A stretch of 64,000 bases of DNA, taken from assembly GCA_964016885.1 (NCBI GenBank), contig OZ024742.1, positions 227,974,001 to 228,038,000 on the forward strand, written 5' to 3'. The notes beneath the pieces are model-generated. The model did no database searches and was not told the DNA's origin. It saw only the letters and a list, made by a program, of their open reading frames with translations. Origin of the DNA: Eledone cirrhosa (Eukaryota). A program made the translations under genes and the position numbers. Positions 12,677 through 25,062 of the stretch are shown one piece after another (position 1 is the stretch's first letter; every line of letters begins with the position of its first letter).

Positions 12677-15485
12677 CTAGCCGAAGTACCCGGCGTTGTC
12701 CGGGTTAAAAAAATAGTGAAATTTCATTCAAAATTTTTTCTAGGGTATATTTGAAATTTCTAATATAACTTTCTTTTATGTAACATATCTTTCTGGTGTA
12801 ATATGATTTCATACTTAGTTTTTTTTTTATTCCTCCCATATCATGTTGCTTGGGTTTTCATATCACTGATGAAATACAGTTGTAAATATTTTGGTTCTTC
12901 TTCTGAAAGAAGGCTAAAGTGGTCCAGTTCTGTGGTACACTTGAAGTGAAGATTTTGGTTGTTGTTGAAGAGGATGATATACACAACACATACCAATAAT
13001 TTGGGTTGATATATAACTTTACTTCACTTCAGCAAAAAGGAAAAAAGAATATGATTACTTCAAATCATAAAAATATAAAGTTCGATGGTAGCACTCACAA
13101 ATGAAAACAGTGTTCAAAAAGGCCTGTGTTTGCTGGAGAATCTTTGTTTAATATGCTATGCTCAATTAAAAAGTGACAAATTGTAGTCAGACAGCATAAT
13201 CACCATAGGTAGTAGTAAACTCGCAGTGCAAGGAAGCTGTGTTGTCTATATGAAGAGGCAGATGATTCTGTGTGGTTGAAGTGCTGATGGAAGAATTGCT
13301 GTCAGGCCCTTGCCGACAAGGCCGAAGTGTTTTTGCTAAGTGTTACATCTCGCTACTTGAGCAGGTTGCAATGATGCTTCTCCTCTGAGGAACCAGAGTT
13401 GAAAGCCACCTTCATGGATGACATTTGCACCAAATGATGTCATTTGGAATGCATTATTGTACTTCAGGATATTTTGAAGAAAGTGTCTTGATTAGTAGTT
13501 GCACCAATCAGCATTCCCCTCAAGGGTTCCAATTGTTCAGGTAATAGTCTAAACTTAATCTTTCCATTTAAACAGAACAATCCGGTTGACTCACCATTCT
13601 ATTTTTTAGCACAATTTGGACAAATTTTGTTTGTTGAGGAAATTCAAATTAAAGGTTCTGTGGCAAAGTCTTGTTGAGGATTATAACTAAAAGCAGCTAA
13701 GTTCCACTTGGCAACCTTTTTAAATCATAAATCATTGTTCTTGCTCTCTGTTCATATAGCCTTTGAGTTGTTTAAGCTTCAATTTCTTCATGCCTTCTTT
13801 GTGCTGCCTATTTCTCTCCATTTGCTGTCTTAATGATTTTCGTACATCTGATTCCTCTTGACAAATAGTGGCTTCCATTGTTCTATTTTCAGCAAGCCTT
13901 TTTGATCTTTGTTCCTCTAATTCATCATCCTTCTATTCTGTGCACTTCTTATTCTTTGTTGTTGAGGCCTTGATGATCTTTGTGCATCTGATTCATCCTG
14001 TCTGTTTTGTGCTGTGATTTTGTACATCTAATTCCTCTTGACGAAAAGTTGTTTTCTTTGTCAGCAAGCCTTTTTGATTTTTTTTTTTCTGATTTATTTT
14101 GCCTATATTTTACTGTTGCTTTTTAAAAATTTTTTGGAGTCTTTCTTTTCGCTGCACTTCACTTTCATTCTCCCTTTGTAGTTGCTTTGTCATAGCTTTA
14201 TGAGATTCTCTTCCAAATGAAGCATTTGTTGCTTGCAGCTTCCAATGCCATTATGCAATCTAAGTTGAGTCATATCTCTATGAATGAGGACTCACTGCAT
14301 TAATTTTCAGTTATTTTTTGGAAACAACAACCAAAAAACTAATAAGCAAAAAAATATTATAGGTTTCACGTGTGTTATTTTTAGTAGTGTTTCCATAAAT
14401 CAAATTAAGAACCAAAAATTTAATGAAGCTGATACACACACATACACATGGCACTACATATGAAAATGTGGCATATATACACACACAGGAAAAATATGAA
14501 GAAGATATGAAACTCTCAAGGGAGCTGGACAGCAGAAGGTCTTCAGAGAAGAAACCTCCCTCATGCAAGTGTTTCGGTCCTTAACTTCTTACAATCTAAG
14601 GGGGCCAGGTCGCAAACAGGTCAATGAAGCTGCATGGAGATTTTGTTGACAGGATCTAGCTGAAACTCTGCTTCATTGCCTCTACTTTCAAACTTCATCA
14701 TCATCATCATCATCGTTTAACGTCTATCTTCCATGCTAGCATGGCAAACTTATATCTAGAAACCTTCTTGAGTTTGGAAAAATAACGTTGGTAGTCATGG
14801 TAATGGTGAGACTTCAACAGTGTCACCTCCACCACCAACTACAACCATGACTTACTCAAGAGTTTCTTCCCTTAGTGTGCGTTGAAATACAAACACAATG
14901 CCTTCAAATTGTATTGAGGTCTTTTTTGTTCATGGGCTAAATATTAAGTAGATATGACATATAGACATACCCGAAGAAGTATAAAGAATGTATGACAAAA
15001 TGTGCTGCAAGCAATAGAGGAGAGAGCCGATTTTGATATTAAAGCAGGCATGTGTTGTTGCTCTATGTTAATTGAACGCGTATCATTCATTTGTTTTAGT
15101 TGTACCTCCTTTTATGCACGAGAGAGAGAAGGGGACGTTCAATACTGAAGCAAGTGTATGTTTGTTGTTTTAGTGTCAGGTACTATGTTGAATGCGTGTC
15201 ACTCATTTCCTTTAATCTCTGTTTCTTTCTCTCCTCATTTATGCATTATTAACTTACTTGCTTAGTTCTATCATTGGCTTTCAGTGTTCTATTCAATTTC
15301 TTGTGTGCTTTCTCTCAAATTCTCACTTCTTCATTCTCTTTATTTTCCATTATATTCCATTATAGTGAAAATGATAACTCACAAGACCACAGATTGACAA
15401 ACAGACAAACAAACATATAAACAAATGAATATAGGTCCAAATGTAAGGAAAACCTATTCTGAGTCTAAAGAACTCACATGCCAAG
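12677..15485 (-). mobile_element. Deleted Helitron with Rep/helicase N-terminal relic
   Basis: Minus-strand 3' end has hairpin ACCCGG/CCGGGT (12688-12705) and CTAG (12677-12680). Minus-strand peptide RHFLQNILKYNNAFQMTSFGANVIHEGGFQ (13399-13488) is a Helitron Rep-N motif. Upstream are charged EEQRSKRL-type repeats. The far boundary is uncertain. Confidence 0.7.
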
Positions 15486-15489
15486 TGAG

Positions 15490-17295
15490 TGGATGTGGGA
15501 GGTGCATGGAAGGGGGATGGAGGTGAAGGTGCATACTAGATGTATGCTTCAGCCTGTGCTCATGGGAAGCCGGGTCTTCGGAATTACTGCCTAATGCCAA
15601 AGATCTCAGTCCTATGTTATCGCCTTTGAGGTGCAGTTGTGCAAGGTCAGCTTTTATCTCCTCATCCCAAGCCTTCCTACCCCATAGCTTCCATCAACTT
15701 TGAGTGCTCTGCACCATTTTATACAGCTGTCACCCTTTCTATGCATCATATGTCCACACCAACACAATCTCCCCTCCTGCACACTGCATCTGATTCCTTA
15801 TGTTTAGTTTCTCTCTCAGTTCATTTATGCTTTGCCATTCACATGTATAGCTATTACACATCTATTGAAGCATGCAAGCATAATTTTTTTCCAATCTTCG
15901 CAGGTCCTCTATCCACAGCACTCGTGCCTGACTACCATGCAACATTGCTGTTAGTAAACATGCATCGTAAAATCTGGCTTTCATTTTGAAGGAAAAACCT
16001 TTTGTAGCTAGCTGCAGTAGTAGCTCCCTGAACCTTCTCCATCCTGTTCTTACTCTGGCTACTATACTTCCAGAACACCCTCCTCCACTGTTGATTTTGT
16101 TACCTAGGTAACAGAAACTATTGACTATTTCTATAGAACCGACTGGGCATTTGAATGAGCTAGTGTCCTGTGGGCACTTGCTACTTACTGCACCTGAGCA
16201 TTGGCCACATATAAAACCTACGTTTTTTGATAGCCTGCCTGTGATCCCACTATGTCTCTTGTGTACACATAGTTTACACTTAGGACATAGAATGGAATTT
16301 CCACCTACTTCTTTTCTGCACACTGAGCAAGGCCATTTCCCAGAGGGAATCTGGGCCCTATTTTCCTTTCTACATACTAGGACTTTAGTCTTTGACACGT
16401 TAACTACAAGACCTTTTGATTCTAGACCATGCTTCCAGGTTTGGAATTTCTTCTCTAATTCTGCCATAGATCCAGCTATGAGGGTTAGATCATTTGCATA
16501 CAGAAGTTCCCATGGGCAACCACTTTTAACCTCTTGTTATAGCCTATAGGATAATAATAAACAAGACAGGGCTAAGGATGGAGCCCTGATGAACACCTAC
16601 CTGTACGCTAAATTCTTTGCTATAGTCGTTGTTAATTTTAACCTTGCTAACTGTTCCTTTACACATGGCTTGTACAGCTTTCACAAGCCACTCATCAACT
16701 CCTAGTTTTCTAAGAGCCCACCAAATAAGGCTTTCTCCAAGTCAACAACAGTTGAGAAGGGTTTACTTTTAGCTAGGTACTTCTTCTGCAGTTGCCTCAT
16801 GAGGAAGAGAGAATTTGTGGTACTTTTACCTGGCACAAATCCAAACTGCATTTCATCATGATTAATTCAATCCCTAATCAGCTGTGTGAGAACTCTTTCT
16901 GTGACCTCCATGACTTGGTCAACCAACTTAATGCCTCTATAGTTTTCTCTGTCTAGAGCATCTCCTTTACCCTTATAGCAGTTGACAATGATACTACACC
17001 AGTCATTGGGTATGACTCCATTTTGTATTACTTGGTTTACAATACGGGTGACTATGATGTGTCCCACCATCCCAGACACCTTCAGCATCTCAGCAACTAT
17101 CCCCAAAGGTCCTGCTGCCTTGCCTGTCTTCATATCTTTTATTGCCTTACTTACTATACTACTACTAACTTACACAGCCGGTCCCTCTGCTGGGTCAACT
17201 TAGGACAAACTATCTTTATCCCATTCATTCTCCTTATTTAGTAGACTTTCATAGGGGCACTTCCATGCTACCTTCTTTTCAGCATCAGTGACTAG
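15490..17295 (-). mobile_element. Decayed RTE LINE
   Basis: ORF pieces MKTGKAAGP...NYRGIKL, YANDL, WPCSVCRK...HKR, YLG and GWRRFRELL, with frameshifts. Confidence 0.88.
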
Positions 17296-17582
17296 AACCG
17301 TTTAATTCAAAGGAAATCATCAGGAAATGTGGTGGTATTTGTATGTTCTCTGGTGGCTGGGGTAGGTGGTGATTTTAAGGATGGGCAATAAAAATTCTGC
17401 GAATAACTAGACCATGAACGTTGGGGCTGCGAATGCCGAGAGTAATTTTTAGGTTTAGGTTAGAGAAGGTATTAATTAAATCTTTACGGAATTTATCAAG
17501 GTTATGGCCGTTGGTGGTATGATAAACAGCCAAACCATCGTCTCAGTATAAGCTGATACTATGGCTGGGAAATTTCTCTTTA

Positions 17583-17940
17583 CATTTTACCCAGATCGAT
17601 TTATAAACACATACCTTTTACCACAACCATTATATTATACACAATTTTTTTCCCCGCTTATTTATTTTATTTATACCCTCCCCCATTTCCTATCATACTT
17701 TTAACACATACACACCCACCACCTTCATTCTGTCCACCTTTCTTAACACGTTTTTTTTAACTCACTACCCAGATCACTTTATGAACACATATATTTTACC
17801 CAGATCGATTTATAAATACATACATTTTACCACAACCACTATAAACAATTATTTCCCACCTGTTTATTTTATTCATTTATACTCTCCCCCATTTTCTGTC
17901 AAACTTTTAACACATACACACGCACCACCTTCTTAACCTC
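17583..17940. repeat. Imperfect ~210-bp direct duplication
   Basis: TTTTACCCAGATCGATTTATAAA...TTTTAACACATACAC occurs at ~17585 and ~17795. Confidence 0.6.
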
Positions 17941-18136
17941 CCTTTTTTAGAGATCCTGAACACTTCTTCCCCCTTCTTTAACCATACCATTTTCTACAAC
18001 CTATAACACTCACATAGTCACTTTACACATATATCATTTGTCATACCCTATCACTAGCATTATCCCTTCTTCTTTATACCTATTAGTTATACGCTTTCTA
18101 AATACACCCTTACATTCCATTATTTTTTACGGGAAC

Positions 18137-18320
18137 GGTGGATTGGCATTATCGGTAGAGGGTCGGACGCCATGCTTTGAAGCATAGAGTTACCTCCCTT
18201 TATGATCTGAGTTCAAATGCTGGCGAGGTTAACTTTGCCTTTCATCCTTACAGGGTCGATAAAATAAAGTACCAGTAATACACTGGGATAATTGCTGGCC
18301 TTGTGCCAAAAGTAGAAACA
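18137..18320 (+). mobile_element. tRNA-derived SINE (Deu/Nin-domain-like) with perfect 18-bp TSD
   Basis: A-box-like TGGCATTATCGG, B-box-like GAGTTCAAAT and the GCCTTTCATCCTT...GGTCGATAAAAT domain. TSD ATTATTTTTTACGGGAAC at 18119-18136 and 18321-18338. Confidence 0.85.
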
Positions 18321-18570
18321 ATTATTTTTTACGGGAACCCTATTTCTACTTTTCTGATATATTCACAGTTACGTATGAATATATGTTTAAGTATATATAC
18401 GTTTTTATATGTATTTATTTATAATTGAGTGTGTATTCTCACTTATTTACATTATAATGTTTGGCTTAGGTATGTGTATACCTCTACATACCTATGTATA
18501 CGTGTGTACATGTATGTGTGTGTGTGTATATATATATACATATGTAGATATATATATATATAGATATGTG

Positions 18571-18609
<39 letters not shown>

Positions 18610-18828
18610 ATATGTGGGTATATATATATATATATATATATATAGATATGTGGGTATATATATATATATATATATATGTGTGTTTTTGTTCTTATATTGT
18701 TTATGCGCGCGGATGTGTGTGTATATATCCTTACACTTATACCTGTGTATATATGTGTCTATGTTTGTATCTGTATATATGCGTGTGAATATGTGTATGT
18801 GCGTGTATGTACGGATTTTGCGTATATG

Positions 18829-19149
18829 TGTGTGTATAGCATAAGATGTACTGAAGGACAATGTAGAAACAAAAATATAGTGTACATAGGTGAGACAGCT
18901 CGTAGTATAGGGGAACGGATAAATGAACACTGGCGAGACCTTCAAGATAATAAAGAATCATCTGTACTCTACCAACATGCTAAGATAGAACACAAGGGTA
19001 AATTAGAGAACATAGAAATAAAAATAGAATCTACACACAGAAAAGATGCAATGTTTAGACAAATTACAGAGGCAATAAACATAAAAGAATTACAACCAAA
19101 ATTAAATAGAAAATATGAGTGGAACAGCAACATCACAACTTACAATTAA
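18829..19149 (+). pseudogene. GIY-YIG endonuclease C-terminal fragment of a Penelope-like element
   Basis: CVYSIRC...[17 protein letters not shown]...RQITEAINI...LNRKYEW. The 5' end is lost in a (TG/TA)n tract, and a hammerhead follows downstream. Confidence 0.8.
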
Positions 19150-19355
19150 GGACAAAATGAAAACACACACACACACATAGAACAAACAATCAACCAATAA
19201 CATGTAAATAAATAAACAAATAGATAAATGAACACAAACACACACAGACACCCGGATGTGGCGCATGCGCAAACTGAGCACACAACACACACACAGAAAC
19301 AAAATGGCGTAGGACAGAAGAAAGGAAAGGCACAGAAACAAAGAAAGGAATCCCC

Positions 19356-19400
19356 AGTCACTGAAGAGGTCACAGAGTGTGTGACGAAAGGACTATGACT
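19356..19400 (+). ncRNA. Minimal type I hammerhead ribozyme in a PLE 3' region
   Basis: AGTCA-CTGAAGA-G-GTCAC(AGAGTGT)GTGAC-GAAA-GGAC-TA-TGACT. Stems I and II pair perfectly. Confidence 0.7.
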
Positions 19401-19485
19401 ATATATAAACAACTATCTGGTTGTGGAACCAACCAACCAACCAGAAATTTATAGATTTGTAAATTTGTAAATTTATAAATATATA

Positions 19486-20912
19486 CTAGAGAAGAAATTC
19501 CAAACGTGGAAGCACGGCCTAGAATCAAAAGGCCTTAAAATTAACCTGGCTAAGACTAAAGTTCTAGTTTGTAGGAAAGAAAATAAGGCGGCGGTCCCAT
19601 CGGGGAAATGGCCATGCTCAGTGTGTAGGAAAGGCGTAGGTAGAAACTCCATTTTATGTCCCAAATGCAAAGTATGGGTGCATAAAAGATGTAGTGGGAT
19701 CACAGGTAAGCTAACTAAGAACATAGATTTTACATGTGGCCGGTGCTCTGGTGCAATAAGTAGCAGCAAGTGCCCACAAAATACTAGCTCCTTCAACTGC
19801 GCAGAGGGTTCTATAGAAATAGTGGACAGCTTCCGTTATCTGGGTGACAAAATCAGCAGTGGGGGAGGGTGCTCTGAAAGTACAGTAGCTAGAGTCAGAA
19901 CTGGATGGAAAAAGTTCAGAGAGCTTATACCACTATTAGCCGCTAGAGGGTTCTCCCTAAAAATGAAAGGCAGGTTATACGATGCCTGCATACGAACAGC
20001 AATGCTGCATGGCAGTGAGACCTGGGCATTGTGTGCAGAGGATATACGCAGACTAGAGAGGAACGAAGCTTGCATGCTCCGCTGGATGTGCAATAGTAAT
20101 ATACGTGAACGGCAAAGCATAAACGAACTAAGGAAAAAATTAGAAATAAGAGGGATCAGATGTTGTTTACTCGAGAGAAGGCTACGTTGGTACGGTCACG
20201 TGATGCGCATGAAAGACGACAGCTGTATAACAAAGTGCAGGGCAATAAAGATAGACGGTAGCCACGGAGTAGGCAGACCCAGAAAAACATGGGACGAGCT
20301 GATAAATTCCGACCTCACACGCTTACACCTCTCCAAGACAATGTCACTGGACCGAGACCTTTGGCGGTACTCAGTAATAGAGAAGACCCGCCTTACCTAA
20401 ATACAAAGTAAAAACCTACTACAGTCAGTAGGCACCTCTATCAAAACACACCCCCGTCCCACCACCTCCACCCCACCCACACCGCCCCTTTCAATGTAAA
20501 GTTATGTTGGTCCCACAACATCCAGGCCGAAACAAATGAGATCGTGTAGGTGTCACGACAAAAAACACACAGTCCACGCTGTAAATGTGGCCGTGTAGGC
20601 AACACGGTAAAAACCTCCCAGCCCCACACTGTAAATGTGGTTGGTGTTAGGAAGGGCATCCAGCTGTAGAAAACCCGCCAGACAGTCCACACTGTAATGT
20701 GGCCGTGTAGGCAACACGGTAAAAACCTCCCAGCCCCACACTGTAAATGTGGTTGGTGTTAGGAAGGGCATCCAACTGTAGAAAACCCGCCAGACAGTCC
20801 TATGCGAGCAAGACAACCACTCTTGCCTCAAGTGGGAAAACCCCCGTCCAAACCCATGCATGCGTGGAACACGGACGCTAAACCTGATGATGATGATAAT
20901 GATGATGATAAT
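19486..20912 (+). mobile_element. RTE family A, 5'-truncated, young
   Basis: Open frame LEKKFQTW...PHD-like finger...YLG...KTRLT* (stop 20400). 3' UTR carries a 113-bp tandem duplication and ends in (GAT)n. Confidence 0.92.
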
Positions 20913-21037
20913 AAATTGAAGTGAAAGCAACTGGTGCGTGTGTTTCTTATTGGCAACATGACCCTCCCAAAGTATAACAATATCGGTTTCAACACACGAT
21001 TTCAGGTAAAGAATCTTGCTAAACAAATTCAGAAACG

Positions 21038-21076
<39 letters not shown>

Positions 21077-21100
21077 CATATAAATACATACATACATATA

Positions 21101-22324
21101 TCATCATCATCATCATCATCATCACCGTTTTACGTCCGTTCTTCCACGCTAGCATGGGTTAGACGGGTTGTCCTGTTGTGGGCAGTGTCTGGTCGGCTGA
21201 CCATGCCTTGCTCATACAGGAACTGATCTGGCTTGATTTCTACAGCTGGATGCCCTTCCTAACACCAACCTCATTTACAGTGAGTGCTGGGTGCTTTTTC
21301 GTGGCGCCTACACGTCCACTTTACAGTGTGGGCTGGGTGCTTTTTTGCCGTGGCACCTCCACGACCACCTTGCGGTGGGGGGGGGGGAATATTGTTTATA
21401 TGCTTCAGCATGTACCCATGGGAGGTCGGGTACCCTGTATTACTGCGTGACGCCAGAAGTCACGGTCGTGTGTCATTGACTTTGAGAGGTGTAGTTGGGT
21501 AAGGTCGGCTTTTATCACCTCATCCCAAGTCATCTTGGGTCTCCCCACTCCGCGGTTTCCATCAACTTCTAGTGCTCTGCACCTTTTTATGCAGCTGTCA
21601 TCCTTCATACGCATCACATGTCCATACCAGCGTAACCGCCTCTCCTGCACTCAGCATTTGATTCCTCTTATGCTCAGTCTCTCTCTCAATTCCTTTATGC
21701 TTTCTCGTTCACGTATATTACTGTTACACATCCATCGGAGCATGCAGGCTTCGTTTCTCTCTAATCTACGTAAGTCTTCCACCTTCAGCGCCCAGGCCTC
21801 ACTACCATGCAACATCGCTGTTCGGATACACGCATCATACAGTCTGCCTTTCATTCTGAGGGAGAAGCCTTTTGCAGCTAGCAGTGGTAGTAGTTCCCTA
21901 AACTTCTTCCATCCCGTTCTTACCCTAGTTATTGTACTTTCTGAGCACCCACCTCCGTTGCTAATTCGGTCACCTAGGTAGCAGAAGCTGTCTACTGTTT
22001 CTACAGGGCCCTCCCAGAGATTGGTGGTACTTGTTTCCTGTGGCTGTTTGCTTGCTGTTTCAGCACAGCTGCTGCATGTGAATCCTACATTCTTAATTAA
22101 GCTTCCTGAGATCCCGCTACATCTCTTGTGTACCCATTGTTTGCATTTGGGGCAGAGAATGGAGTTCCTACCTACACCTTTCCTACATACTGAGCAAGGC
22201 CATTTCCCTGAGGGGATCTGGGTTCTGTTTTCTCGTCTAGTTATAAGGACCTTAGTCTTTGTCATGTTGACTTTGAGGCCCTTTCTCTTTAGTCCCTGCT
22301 TCCAGGTTTGGAATTTATTCTCTA
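21101..22324 (-). mobile_element. RTE family B, 5'-truncated
   Basis: ENKFQTW...RGIKC* and ...TRPPMGTC*. (CAT)n at 21101 on the plus strand. Both ends abut TA tracts. Confidence 0.92.
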
Positions 22325-22339
22325 CATACATATATATTT

Positions 22340-22965
22340 ATACTCGGATTTCTTTCCCAGAGTGCTTAAATTATTTGTGACTAATCCAGGTATTTTTTTT
22401 TTATAAAAAACCCCGATAATATTGCTTTTTGCTGAACTCCTTATTGTAGAGTTTTTTTTCGGAATGTTTTTGACTGTTGTTTCTTGTAAACAAACATTCG
22501 TCTCATTCTGACGTCACTAGCCCTGTCTTTCCTCATGTGCGTTTTATTTTTCATAATCACGCATGATGGTGAACTAGCCTGTTTTAAAATTCCCTTTTTG
22601 GCATATTAATCTGTGAGAATCCTGGTTATCAAGTTGAGCTCTGCTGAGGATCGAATTCCAACCGTGACCATCTCCACTGAAAGTTTTCGTGAAATAGTCT
22701 TTAAGACTATACAGAGCATTTGAAGTTTTTCCAAATTGAAGGATGAGTATTTTAAACTTTATTTTATCATGAGTTAAGGCTCTATTGATTTTTCCCTGGA
22801 TTTCACTAAATTCTGTGGATGAATCTATATCCTGATTCTCTTTGAGATGAGTTTGAATTATTTTTCCCACATCTTACGTTAACTATTTTTCCCATTTTGA
22901 CGCTATAGTCACATATATTATGGAATACTGTTGGCTTTTCGCTACAATGTTTTCTATACCTTTCA
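22340..22965 (-). mobile_element. Possible decayed Penelope-like GIY-YIG 3' fragment
   Basis: ERYRKH...KIKFKILIL..GKT..ALYSL peptide and a GAAAC-AACA-GTC hammerhead-like half on the minus strand. Weak. Confidence 0.3.
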
Positions 22966-22973
22966 TTTATACA

Positions 22974-23009
<36 letters not shown>

Positions 23010-24850
23010 CATCATCATCATCATTTTACGTCCGCTCTTCCCTGCTTGCAAGAGTAGGACGGGTCTTATTCAGCACAGCATCTCTCCACTTGTCAGGATC
23101 CTTCGTCATCTCCACCGTGAGCTTCAGCGATCTGAGATCTGTTCTCACCACCTCCGCCCATGTATTTCGTGGTCTACCTCTACGTCTTCCTTCAACTGCC
23201 ATTTCCTGGCACTTCTTCATCCATCGGTCATCCTCCATGCGCATCACATGTCCATACCACCTCAGTCTCCTCTCTCGCACACTACATTCTATCCCTCTCA
23301 GACACAGTTTTTCTCAACACATTCATGCTGGGTCGTTCACGCACATTTACACTGCACATCCAACGGAGCATGCTTGCCTCATTTCTCTCCAGTTGCTGCC
23401 CATGTCTCACTACCATGCAGCATCGCGCTCCTCACACAGGCATCATATAACCAGCCTTTCGTACACAGGGAGAAACCCTTCTTCGTCAGCAGAGGGAGCA
23501 GCTCCCTGAACTTCTTCCAACCCGTCCTTATTCTAGATACTATGGCCTTGGAACACCCTCCTCCCATGCTAATCTGATTTCCTAGGTACCGGAAGCTATC
23601 CACCACTTCTATAGCACCCGCCTGCATTTGAAAAATGTGTCTATCAATGCGACTTCTACTGTCTAATTTCCCTGTACATCTACTGCATACGTATTTCTCC
23701 CTACCTGTTAGTTTGCCTGCTATCCCGCTACATCTCTTGTGTACCCAGGATCTGCATTGTGTGCATTTTATAGAATTTATGCCAGTTCCTTTTCTGCATA
23801 TCAAACATGGCCATTTCCCTGACGGAATCAGAGTTTTGTCCTCTTTCCTACTTATCAATACTTTAGTCTGTGCTAGGTTCACTCTCAGTCCTCTTGCTTC
23901 CAACTGCTGTTTCCATAGCCAGAATTTATTCTCTAGCTCCTCTACTGATTCTGCTATAAGAACCACATCGTCAGCATAGAGAAGTTCCCATGGTCAGCTA
24001 GTCTTAAACTCCTCTGTTATGGGTTGGAGGACTATAATGAACAATAGAGGGCTGAGGACCGAACCTTGATGTACTCCTACTTGTATCTGGAATTCCTCAC
24101 TAAACTCCATTCCTACTCTGACTTTACTGACAGTACTTCTGTACAAAGTTTGCACTGTCCTCACAAGCCATTCCTCAATACCTAGTTTCCTTATGACAGA
24201 TAACAGATCAGGGTATCCTATCAAAGGCCTTCTCTACGTCAACAAAGGCTAAGTATAGTAGCTTATTTTTCTCTAAGAACCTCTCTTGTAATTGTCTCAC
24301 CAAGAAGAGGGCATCTGTTGTACTCTTCCCAGGCACAAAACCAAACTGCATCTCATCTAGTTTGACCCTTTCTCTAATTAGTTGTGCTAATATCCTTTCT
24401 GCCACTTTTATCACCTGATCCATCAGTTTTATACCCCTATAATTGCTCCTCTCCAGAGCATCCCCTTTACCTTTGTAGCAATTCATGAGAATACTGCTGC
24501 ACCAGTCTTTGGGTATGACACCACCATATATAGTCTGATTGATGATGTGTGCAACCAGTTTAGTGCCTACGTCCCCTGATGCCTTCAGCAACTCAGCAAC
24601 TATCCCCGATGTTCCAGCAGCCTTACCATTTTTCATTTCCTAATCGTCTCTTGGACCCTATATTCGTCAATCTCAATAGCTGGTCCCTCTGTCGGATCTA
24701 CTGAGGGTAATTTCTCTCTCTCCCATTCATTCTCCATATTCATCAGTCTCTCATAATGACATTTCCAGGCCTCCTTTTTCTGATCATTCATGACACTAAG
24801 TACACCGGCATCATTCCGGACACATTTATCTCCAACAACATCCTGATTTG
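23010..24850 (-). mobile_element. RTE family C, 5'-truncated, frameshifted
   Basis: [32 protein letters not shown], Cys finger and ...[13 protein letters not shown], followed directly by (GAT)n. Confidence 0.92.
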
Positions 24851-25062
24851 GATATATATACATATACATATGTATATACATACATATATATATATACATA
24901 TATATATATATTCAGGTTTGAGGTTCACCACTGTATAGAGCTGGTCTATTCCGTATGGTCAATCGTAATGTAATAATATAAAGAGTACTCAACATAAAGC
25001 AGTTCAACCGTCTTATATTATATATATATACATATATACATATATATATATACATATATATA

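Noticed and set aside
17452-17465. Telomeric TTAGG-like repeats
   Set aside because: Only two or three imperfect units, not an array.
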